Below, piece after piece: positions 47,301 to 54,109 of a stretch of DNA of 64,000 nt. A program made the translations under genes and the position numbers. The DNA comes from Setoptus koraiensis. Lineage: Eukaryota; Animalia; Arthropoda. How positions within the stretch are numbered: position 1 is the first letter of the stretch; each line of letters opens with the position of its first letter. The notes below the pieces were generated by a model. That model did no database searches, was not told the DNA's origin, and saw only the letters and a program-made list of their open reading frames with translations. The stretch is from assembly GCA_048013815.1 (NCBI GenBank), contig CM106586.1:10106001-10170000 (forward strand), written 5' to 3'.

Positions 47301-47811
47301 TGTTGAGCTTCAATTGCAGCTTATCCAAGTCTCTGGTTAGCGTTTTAACTCGCTTTATTGTCTTATTTATCTGTTGCGTTGCTGGAAATTTATTCAGAGA
47401 CTCGTAGAGTTTATCCACTTTTCGCATGTACTCGCCCAGAGCGATCTGCAGTGGTTCCAATTTTGATGACAGTCTCTTATCTATGAGTTGCTGAATATAA
47501 CCATCACCTATTTGTTGTTGTGGGCTGTCCTGCGGCGCTGGAGAAAGATTCAGATTTTGCAAAGATTTCGACGCAGAGATCAGTGTATCTAAAGTAAGTC
47601 CATTCAATGTCACAGAGCCTTTTCCACTCGATCTCAAATCTATGTTCTTGTCTAGGCCGGCTTGTAATATTAAATGGCCATTGCGACTCTGTATTCTGGC
47701 CTTGTTTGCATAGGGGTCCTGCAACGAAGATCTGGCCGACAGTGCATTGTTTGAATAATGAACAAAAGCAATGGCAGTCAAAACAATTAAATATATGCAC
47801 CTAATTGCCAT
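32341..47811 (-). CDS. CUBN: Cubilin (single-exon, 5156 aa): signal peptide, N-terminal coiled-coil region, 7 recognisable EGF repeats, about 27 CUB domains
   Basis: Uninterrupted ORF. The N-terminal ARIQSRNGHLILQAGLDKNIDLRSSGKGSVTLNG matches the cubilin N-terminus. An EGF cluster is followed by repeated CGG...SPNYP...C-W...CxxDYLEIxDG CUB units (27 starts by manual count). No transmembrane segment. Confidence 0.95.
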   Translation of the reverse strand: MAIRCIYLIVLTAIAFVHYSNNALSARSSLQDPYANKARIQSRNGHLILQAGLDKNIDLRSSGKGSVTLNGLTLDTLISASKSLQNLNLSPAPQDSPQQQIGDGYIQQLIDKRLSSKLEPLQIALGEYMRKVDKLYESLNKFPATQQINKTIKRVKTLTRDLDKLQLKLNKDECSQNPCKNGGTCLDAYDGYRCLCPSNFDGPNCDNDINECLKFLGTDLGCQNGAKCINIVGSYRCECPANYHGIHCTEQHDDCTLSSSQSLCGHGKCINLQRQVPNQARYECICDQGWTTNGHDPACTVDINECSSYPLLAGTSMSYLDGVGALDNSTQMVAQSVAMSFMNSISSSPWHGAYPCSQSPLVECINLPGGFQCGPCPPGFVGNGRVCRDIDECKTNNGGCSPLVDCINLPGSRKCGLCPPGFAGDGLTCQRVSACQSEPNGGCHPMAQCLENTAISMNFRHCVCSPPYVGSGVGDQGCLLPVAVNEPQQPNAINFGTGEDAGQVISIVVTNGTGQTQQKNVSVVQVVGTSNCLPLSPCKNGGSCFDTRDSFECICPSAYTGRLCDQLRPSCGGLFETHEGSVSYPLDFSLVQQIRCEWSIKLPTDKAIMLTFDQVDLLSSPTSNLVGKSLTAGPETRTIDNCNDEYLTITDVPPIDGEQQMLGRICPNDVKTASAAPGNQSSTVPKKPPFKVYNSTHNQLNIVYKLNISQSLAQPALDGAIVLRTFSFRFRWQQMEPVCHFDYPVQEFGYVSSPNYPHQYPKQRYCTYYIRVPAGKRIRLHFGALNLGVAPPVASATPKESARNCRGDELTIYDGISRFHEELLLYKYCSSSAGATGARLALPAPILTSGSTAEIFFNSDTGPTNILSQLDKSAQGFYITYAAEPGIQNCGGLFSGPSGVIVSPYFSGRQQGRPDAVATGEQLMADVAAANRSGLAADDATIGDSDNFNMRCEWEIRTSQKDKYVKIRFDLLEFVGTSAPAIPQSRMMRAGWDKILTKHRTQTDWSAAAGDMSKHTFRLGGGPGAGAQANARCVTTSIKVYDGSHSNAALLGKYCESEMPDKPIESSGRSLYIVYESSDRGAARGLVGFRGQYKLVCSGSFRDQVDLFYGELPPNVDWCLYDIRLPKDYIIVLLLQPLSLGWRRDGPTNNSCEVSMIFIDGAMHHQSLDHSTGLPKDLGYKPAWSDTDATSDDSLVARKAASAPASGVAGEFKQSQLSWAQTYDIKEVEMCWASFSYESEWNHLQLLVKRTPGARNQNATMVFRAQYRGERACGGIISEPAQGSIELKLDDLVEKGETGVGWDKLVAKVQCSWILRANSSQRIELEFLPDHRQLDEALAGYQRFIASDNNEITRAAAPAAANSSESDRTKRSQPWPTREKKKKRISFWYAASKLPETPYSKCAVIFNQVVELHDPNTNQTRSYCPSQLPPTMVSSSGNVLHIRVREYVPASQWSRRVSSRPNKWLPQPLEVIPVRYKFSDNPDQCGGNIIHDSGTIVTPNYPDRYPAGAQCTWTIHADNGQQIRLNFSQFALERQSKCLFDYLELRNGPNKDSPLIGRFCGKQLQSRIILSHSNNVWLQFRSDATFSAPGFRMSFDGALTGCGGKLTTASGEIESPNYPRPYGHQADCSWSVEVSQSSVVLLTLEDLWLGGSGGAADAAQAANCNRKGDYLEIFDGDYSDFSANKLSLGKWCANSSLASGPVHIRSSGNKVQVRFVSAQARGTGRGFRLTYVTDCDFVAISGYQGAIESPNYPNTYAPQLNCHWLLRAPLGSNISMSVVSLKLEYADRFLAAVDQLTSLTANVSQTAEAPTDKSMRPWCVDDFVQIWALNSSNSKLTKELFWQDQAQARAANGSQSQRQQQQGLEAMKSGRTPDTEAPPRGATLVRIMCGDLRDKTHGDDALIELNTNLALVRFRTDRTFERQGFRLEWRSVGCGGHLSNEWSQEIRYFLSEDRPVECIWTVASPLSSASLALHALESDIGPLSGDKMAPPGDCSTGYLNIYAGDSETAPLLLSICQRDGDRQLPTTSNKLYIKFFSAGLHWARGFRLNYFSSSGSRSCSRSMTPTLNVPLAMDSFLTSPNYPSDYDSNENWCEYDITVPHYNRIRMRLEELDIPVPQDWQDPQWSATTGTTKPAQTGIDRADPCGSKSFLLLQEVLSLAARWSNQFGQLAKYCGQWSPPAYTGSVPDNSLGASLGGQPVVSVTRESRARVVFQTKGTLAGKWKLSYGLLCGSEVRVRQNAQPTALHYGQGPAIVETPNYPNRPNWYQRRQAGASSMLASDREQMCLWHLISEDPGDKIVVSITHLVESSRDKRSHCVRLFEGTPFSLNMTEFPLTNAAESAGAASGAGADSGTNSSIRPRYVLCDNDDIVAKNEFVSVGPSMSLVTTGDVVLRSIVRNTNGFCGGDYWSQRGSFASPNYPNSYEPNMDCNYFVKASPGHTITLEFVDFDLQDSEHCNLDYVEVRQLPMWKKQYLWSTLGAATGAGPLSATTSQANRPVSSQTIESVGRNIKDSSHNRLAYNTDSLWEESVLIGRYCGTKKPELPHNVTLTDEVWIRFRTDDTSQTGKGFRLEYTIHYGMQILATRASAPVDYGIISSPMYPMLTKLDASISWHLETEEGDQLELELLDLNLGSIEQDCDLDAILIYDFEPKWGRPLATLCGYLSYEHIATSASANQNQNRAPVVAARDPRVRQDLSRRLRSRGNWLYVIYQNKRSEGRFLMRWSRVSASQQSLNLEPVFAHVNGSSANVFVPEPGAGPQASGRPSDSCHFTELMLNRSEPFELSWPPPANGADPSQANSSAGESRSVPKTGQDDAGLTVNRPADGDESGLPAAIIMSDFRPNSSCSWTFVTRPGSHFQVDISELNLDSFSEACYYERLQFEVGTAPSLADGPGDIAGGSDFAEQGVVAPVSIAQADWSVNRTLCGRRRQTFRLASNMARITYVHRYQRYQEAGTGSGQSGVVSFKLTLKPRCGGLLENYRQYRLSQYDVINSTDCQWLIRVRPGRRISLSFSKFLLPNSNSNTNSTLRDACLGASASYFTLYNGPTDMWPQFGSRQRLCGTKLPVLPAESFSNELLVQFHRGAILPGPGRDAKRATDVPDTYNGVEFALAYRELSQSCSDSVKLSSEQPSFELRSPNWPQAPPHDIECNWLVYTDEHSIIRLDFDTSATEEALIQQQAGAEMSTNYLAGQQQCDASTEFVAVYDGGSTLSHRLVKYCLPPRANSVKSTDNHMFVRFVTNPGKRLGLTAPGADPAGARVALGAFKARVTINDCGGTYHVVSGLRLQSKNYPRNYTNNRDCKFYLHSAAPQQTLIAQLYDVDLAGQSADCSTGDYLEFRDGDTSDAPLLARWCNGKLLQMKQAKQASEPPTGNNGTASSRLLTADIQLAASSDRWQDTVGSVATRKQQAVQWGPDGKLLWVTVKSTGPVITVIFKTDNAVSGRGFHMFVSSSTADEAGRTRCGGHLDETDRSLQSPNFPQPMPQERTCSWTMKVPEWRGAVKLTFDSLNLKQNQQGKCVDKLYYSRMVDYYDRWASLSGDAMDKLVALGHVKQLDCKLSYGKQAADSSDSAADRDQQFDATGRPIKRPAVHAIDDKAGATSGPAPVAIRSTSNVLLVRFSSKYLAQDEGFSASFSFKEDKLCSRSLVYPLSPVDGPASAGAASVGGARWEAIPDPFAAPADSGGYFVSGRFNQTDDGTGADSADIDCYWPVRTMSNWKKRTSYVIFDVLEIPVIGNANNADSDTPTVGAQCGMYGLTLGPTDLPLMGAVGSAEPADMVCGNKTGQWYYHVFVPTIPDPFISLHTRNLPVTGGPPLSPANQSVGAFYRGVRGRYFEQDCGGRLYDFTGKIASHTDYALTQARGGNSTAAPVAGSYSPRICKWDVHSWGSLRELRFDSFNLRPTIAQDKQANKQSTGCLSEDFVEIRSGVLMDSPLVVRYCAEDANTAKLNNDTVLTMDDRPFSIIFVGAFREHRLSADSDGPAAARPAPPAADLKSNVSRPFTQTPDLFGFQMDIRTIVDGVCGQKFYDYLRGTIRSPRERDVQTGPRWGARMAIQDPLKKYANNTRCVYDISLPPGYRVNMSFFGRFELEKSDDCANDYVQLEDPLFAGAQVGGNSSGSGSVPDVSINSDGQMIVDDGPRRTQGAPVLGKFCGFVRPGGSFVTSNNRARITFKSNDKIEGAGYKLNYEAVCGGLFTVSDNTTGPVAARGVLTSPHYPRPYDNNLNCEYTIRHERPGRFVMVKFEDFELEQQQPEAAGGSRQMGGGVGGGANRGCLSDYVYVYARLTSANDTSKRVAKNWRKLGPYCGKQTIPSVFGYEQIKVFLHTNGYARAKGFKLVYESSQCGGQLTEPSGMLAPFSGGGTYLPDMNCVWTITVARDRIVELVFNRLELESCDSCGCDSVELRDTGLAPSAVPPRAAANKTRTPDDGLLLGRFCGTYPGGGSQLPVVKSKSNVMQVKFSTDFNLQSKGFEATYRTSLGERQGCGGRLHDSDGVIVSPDADKDGNYDNQLDCWWLITVPNKNKLVRLDFVKFDLEAPQSPSDNKTGPGAGHRCVYDYLEIRDGLSHKSGLIDRVCGSEVPAPMQSSAHALYVHFHTDTQNVRAGFRLKFSSVERDCGGIVWLNTTEQTISTVAPTGQQRSPTRTLASPNFPLAYPPLRRCVWQFELVSESDQADQAAGANLTTLSDRALLDRAVMMVIDKHLNSMQWSALFERLQFTAFDIDCAAGDYLELESQIPVLTSGSNGQIIDYEATSMLQPSSGNSNRANYYSGTGDTARLCGQRIPQPIYVSDGFRMTFVSSRLPKRGQPTGFQITYRDSSVCNETINDDNGVLMTPVKYRTRGIYETPAATATTATASDCVIDLRAPTPKHRIVLYFSKFVVESTDDPDDDRATATAANGTSAADPTAGLIMCASNYMQINELDPVTNVRRSLAKLCGRNLPNPVYTQSSHVELKLHADIVRYQITFSSAIPEPRGGAWAPEGRDYSLPRYNFYNITGYSGSVASPNYPNPFTGEQQSGPTYWLISGHGVHKLRLSWQDMSLVSQPAGTGMRASAANTDGGSGSRNKCDQNYLQLLEWASVLDRQLQSEPQLKLTLCGDQLPQEYVSQGASVLLKLVTNKNNIGRGFRLKFTEDELSLPKGVPMASNYRPAVAPSANY

Positions 47812-48542
47812 AGTACTGTCGTAACTTCATATATGTTCTACAATATAATATCTATAATCTGGTTGGGGCTTATGAAAGTCCGTATGTTCCCATCTCATCG
47901 TCGGATGGGCCTTTCTTTCGAAAACTTCTTATTCGTTCAATCCAATCTCTATCAAATACGCGAAAATTGCTTGCTTTTGGCTGTAACTATAATTGTAAGC
48001 TAGATAATGTTCCGAGCTTATGGCGATTCATACAAATGTGAACTAGCACGACCATGCTTGGAAAGAGGCGATTTACGATTGACCATTGATTTTATGACAA
48101 TACAAATGCATTTTCTCAAACAGGAAGCGCAAGCATATTTTGTTACAATTGGTCGCAACAAGCTCGGTCAACAAATCGATTAGCGATTGGTCGCTTGTCT
48201 GGACGGGACTTGTCACGTTCTTTCGTCATCAATTGTAGACGCGGCCCCCTTTTGCTATTAGTTTGTTATAAGTAATAGTAAATTATTAGGATAAACAAAA
48301 AGTCGGTTCAGCCACAGCCAGCGATTACAGATGCGAAGGTTATGCAGTGGAAATCATTGGAAATCAAGCTGATAACATACATGCCTCACTATATGGATCA
48401 GTAGAAACTTTGCTCAAAGAACAATCAGAGGATATTTTGTTACAGTGCAATTTATTGCTATACAAATTACTGCATTGACGCTTAGTCTTGATTTATTAAT
48501 TGATTTGATTTTACAATTTTACTTGATTTATCGATATGATCA

Positions 48543-49358
48543 TTAATTAAGATAATTAGTTCTCGACCTATCAACCTTCAGCCTGATGGCAAATACTACG
48601 ATCGCACAAAGAGCCATGAGAAACGTCGAAGGCGATCTTGAGCTGGCACCAAGCTACAAATGAATTAGGATGGATAGCAATGGTTGTAGTGATTAGTTGT
48701 CGATAGACAAACCTAGTTGAATTAATTGTGCAAGTAAGGTGGCTGAAAGACTTACGGTGACATAATAGTTACACCTGTCGCCGTTGCAACAAGATGTACA
48801 ATTCCAGTCGTTGTACCAGATGCGATCACATTTGTGATTTTTGTCACTCATTAAGTATTGGCATTCGGTTTTTTGAGCGCATCTCTTTGATATGTAATAT
48901 TGCCTCTGTCCAGTCAGAGCCCAGTAGGGTGTACCTAAACATGATTATTATGGAGACAACAGAAATTTAATTGAGAATTTCGTCCAAGGCGAACTCAAAG
49001 AGATTTGTTGGTGGCAACAAGTTACAAATCAACACTCACTTCCCCAGCGGACCTCAGTAAGGCACTGATCTTGTGTAATGTCGCAAATTTTTGATGTTTC
49101 GACACATTTGTTCTTATTATTCTCCTGGTTTTGGCATACGTAGCACTCTAGTTGGAGAGCTGTAAAAAATTAGAATGTAAAATAAAAGATTTGTGTCAGT
49201 CAGGTGTCGGTGTCTGATATATACGGGTTTGTGGATAGATCGCAACTAGGGTTTTCTCACTAACATTGTTGTGTGAAAATGGTCAATACTGCCAGAAAAA
49301 TAATGTAAAAGCTTATGGGGTTAGCGCCCCAAAACAAGTGGTTGACGGGCGTGGTCAT
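48543..49358 (-). CDS. bou: Boudin-like Ly6/three-finger GPI-anchored protein; exons 49358-49265, 49159-49040, 48934-48756, 48653-48543 (167 aa)
   Basis: Spliced translation gives a signal peptide, then LECYVCQNQENNKNKCVETSKICDITQDQCLTEVRWGSTPYWALTGQRQYYISKRCAQKTEC...CDRIWYNDWNCTSCCNGDRCNYYVT, then a hydrophobic tail. This matches my recollection of Drosophila Boudin (LECYVC...EIRWGSQPY...QYYVSKRC...HIWYEDWACNECCKGDRCNY). All three introns are GT-AG and phase-consistent. Confidence 0.9.
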
Positions 49359-49719
49359 GATTGGTAACAGTTTTTGCAACATATACGGACGGATTCCAGC
49401 TTGGATGAGATTTTTTCCTCCGTTAGCATCTCCTTGGTGTGAATTTGTGCAGTGATTATTGGATTTTCAAATGAATCATGCCGATATTTGTCATGGTTTG
49501 GGATGGCGTGATGGCTCGCTTTGCAATCCCTTTCTTCTAATCGACGATATTGTGAGACGCTTGCCAATTACATGGTGTCAGACTAGCACTGCCAGCATAA
49601 AATGTGAATTCTCGTGGTCTGAATAGAAAACACTCTCGCCTTTTGTTGTGCATCACATTGGAACAAGTTGTACACCATTTGCGTCATCCTAATGCAAAAG
49701 CCATTCTTCAGGGTGTTAA

Positions 49720-50496
<777 letters not shown>

Positions 50497-50804
50497 AGTG
50501 AGTTTATGCACTATTCAGCAGCAAAAACAAATATCCACAGTGATGCTGAATTTATAATAAAGAGAGAGAGAAGACAAAGAGAAAGAGAAAAAAAAAGAAA
50601 AAATTTTGAATTTTGCGCCACCTAATAGGACTAGGAAATTTTCTAGCTCGTACAAAATCTATATTGCCCCGTGTCTCGCTGTAAATATCAGTCCTGTTTA
50701 CATTTCTATATCTACACAACATCTACAGTACATTATTTTTGGATCTGAACTTATTTCTCTGTCGTTGTTGAAGTATAATCAATAATCGAATCAACATCAT
50801 CACA

Positions 50805-51218
50805 ATGGCGGCCTCAAGAATGTACATGCTATCTAAGAGTATTGGGGCCATCAGATCAACAGCACATGTATCTAGCCTCTTTCGGACCTATGCTACACAT
50901 GCCAACGAAATGCATAAGAAAATACAAGATCTGGTCAACAGCAACGGAGTAGTGGTGTTCATGAAAGGAGTACCTGCCGCCCCCAATTGCGGCTACAGTG
51001 ATGCCGTTTGCCAAATACTTAAGGCCTACGAGGTAGAATTCAAATCATATGATGTACTCGCCGACGATGATCTACGGAGAGAAGTGAAAACTTTCTCCGA
51101 TTGGCCCACTATACCCCAGGTCTACATAAACGGATCATTTGTTGGAGGTTGTGACACATTGCTTCAGATGCATCAGAGTGGCGAGCTGGAGCAGATGTTC
51201 AAGAAAATAAATAAATAA
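50805..51218 (+). CDS. GLRX5: Mitochondrial monothiol glutaredoxin 5
   Basis: Basic, hydroxylated transit-like N-terminus; [17 protein letters not shown]; [20 protein letters not shown]. Confidence 0.93.
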   Translation: MAASRMYMLSKSIGAIRSTAHVSSLFRTYATHANEMHKKIQDLVNSNGVVVFMKGVPAAPNCGYSDAVCQILKAYEVEFKSYDVLADDDLRREVKTFSDWPTIPQVYINGSFVGGCDTLLQMHQSGELEQMFKKINK

Positions 51219-54109
51219 TTAGACTACTTTGAGCGCACACAAATGGCATTACGAATGACAAAAAGAAGGAAAGAAAGAATCATTATCGTTATCATGTCTA
51301 TACTAGCGTAGTGTATACAAGAAGTTGCAGAATATATGCCCCAGTAGTAGTTGGTCAGTGGACACCAGGTGTGGCGAGTTTGTTGCGCGCGACAATAAAC
51401 GTAACAACGACAACCTAGTCTCTTGGCGTGCAGTGAGAGTGGTGCTGGCCATTTCTTCCGACTGACCGTTATGATTAAAGTGACATTGTCAACAACGCTC
51501 TCTCTTTCTCTCTCTCTCTCTCCTTCTCTCCCCGAGAGACACGCTCCATACACACGTGACAATTACATTTTTTTTGTATTTTTGCATTTTATAAATACAG
51601 CTTTTAAGTTGGCTCTGTTTAATGAGCGGTGGTGGTGATGTGGCCACTGTGGTAGCGGCCACATCATCATCAACTGCAACAACAACAACAGCACCATCAA
51701 CTGCAACAACAGCATCATCAACTGCAACAACAACAACGGCATCGGCGCTGGTAGATTTGATGGTGAGTGATTAATCTAGCATAACGAAGTTTGAACGCGC
51801 CAATTGCACACAATTGCAACGTGATGTAAGTGCTACGTTGATGATGGTGCCACCATAATAGTATTGCTCTTTTCCGGTGTTTCTCTCCTCTTTTTGTTGT
51901 TGTGGTCGTGTGTTCGGTGTGGCGGTCGGGGACCAGGTAATAGTTGTTGAAGGTTAGGTTAGGCGGCGTACGCCTCACGACAACGCCACGCGAAACAACC
52001 AACAACTCCTACAACTTATGTTTATTGGCCAGCATATATACGTACAACTTTGCTGGCCTGCAGGTATGGTGCCTGTAGTGGCCGGGGTCAACTGGGCCAA
52101 TTTGCACGACTACGTCACGTTTATGTCAACTGCTGGCAAACAATCTACGTGTATAACAATATTGTGGCAGATTGTCAGATTGTCAGCGTCATGAGGACAA
52201 TTCATCAAGTTCGTTTGCGTTCCCTTTCAAAGCCAATCGACCATCTATCGTGCCTAAAATCAATTGTTTGCATTCATCATGTTGCAAACAATTTATTGTG
52301 GCCATGATGCGAAATCGTTTAGTCGATTGCATGATCATCGATGTGAATATCGTCAGATAATAATCTCTAATCTGTTGTTTGTCGCCTGAACCAGGTGACC
52401 AAAGACTAGTGTGTTATCTCGATTGGTGGGCGAGATTTTCAGTGCGCCACTAACCAATGGCGGGCCCACTTGGACGCTGCTGGTTGAGGTTGAAAAGGGA
52501 AAACTCTTACACTGTATGTCCAAAGAAATAACGCAAATCATCATTTCAATCATATGCGCGATTGTGGTGAACAGTTACAGTTGTATCAACAAAATACGAA
52601 TTGACAAAAATGTAGACAGCTCTACATTTTTGCTGTCGATAGTTTGGCAAATAGCAAATATTTAGATGCACTAACTGCTTGTGAGAACAAGGCGACCAAC
52701 ATCTTGCTATTCATTGTTGGCTTTTGCATTCTTCGTCCTATTAAAACACCTTCCATCTGCCGATAAGTGTCTAGATCGAGCATCGATTGATTTGATTGGT
52801 TGCGAGCTGAGAATCGGTAACCGATTAGGTTAAATTAATTGATTGGGCGCGTTGCAGTAAGGAATGAACGTGGCCTATAACGCACACAGGATAAAATTGC
52901 CAGAGATTATGTGTAGGAATCACACACTCTTCATTAAGTTGAGTTTACAGAGACAAACTGTCAACTGTTTGTACAATTTCGATTTACTGCAGTGTAGTTG
53001 ACAACAGCATACACATACACACACATTATGATTATGTAACCCTCATCTAAGAGCGATTAAATCCCGTAGGTGACTAATGCTATTCTTTCCATTTGGCTAA
53101 AGCATTGTCAACTTTATGTGTTGTTTCGCCATAGTTCAACTATCAGGTATCAGCTAGAAGTCTCAACGAAGTACTAGCAGTAGTAGTTACGACCGCAGAA
53201 TATTGTGTGTGCGTGTGTGTGTAGTACATATAGGACTAGGTGGTTACGTAACAGTAGTGGAGTGAGTTCCGCCAAAAGTGTCGTGCACGGCCGTTTAGGG
53301 GGCAAATAGCACTAATGGGCGCATATAGTACCCTATGGCACTACTACGCAGGTCATATAACCTACCTTCATTGTGACCCAACCCCCGCCGACTCAATTCT
53401 TTTCTCTTTATAAAAACCATAGACTTAACTACCTTCTCACCATGAATACATCTATATATGATAATGGCGGGGGGGGGGGGCGACAGAATGCACATTTGAA
53501 ACTGTCATTTTGTGTGTGTGTATGTGTCGTCAAACTAACATGGGGGCTTCTATGAGCTTTAAGTCGCAATAAGTCTTCTAATGATTAGCGTTCTCAGAAG
53601 CCCATTCTAGCTGTAGAAAGCAAACAAACCAAAATCTATTCTATACAATTTCCACTGTATGTAAAACAATTTAATTGTTAGGCACGCTTTTATAAACTTG
53701 AGCTAGTCTTTAACTCACAAACGATGCCCCACAAATATGATGCCACAAAGAAGTTGTTCTTGTTTTAGTGAGCCACTGTCAAGCCAGATCGTTCACTTGC
53801 ACCAAGGAGCTAACTATGACAATTCATTATAATAGATGAAATCGAATCAGCCCTGCAACATCATTATCTCGAATTAGACCATTTAATCATATCGCACATG
53901 CACGCAAGCTTTTTACACGGACTCTGTCAGCACATCCCATGTTGCCCCAGCAGGTTGGCCTATAATGTACGCGATGGCTCCAAACCAATGGATTCTGTTT
54001 AGCATCAAACATACGAACCTATCTAAACCTGTGCTTGTATTATAACCTTCGATTAAAACCTGTCTCCCAGACACAAAGATAATATATTTGTATAGTTTAC
54101 GCTCACGTA

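Noticed and set aside
32378-47800. Dozens of overlapping 60-400 aa ORFs within cubilin
   Set aside because: Antisense and alternate-frame shadows expected in GC-rich coding DNA; no recognisable domains.
51224-53600. Short ORFs between GLRX5 and the Fox-like gene
   Set aside because: Microsatellite-derived or featureless; no coherent gene model found.
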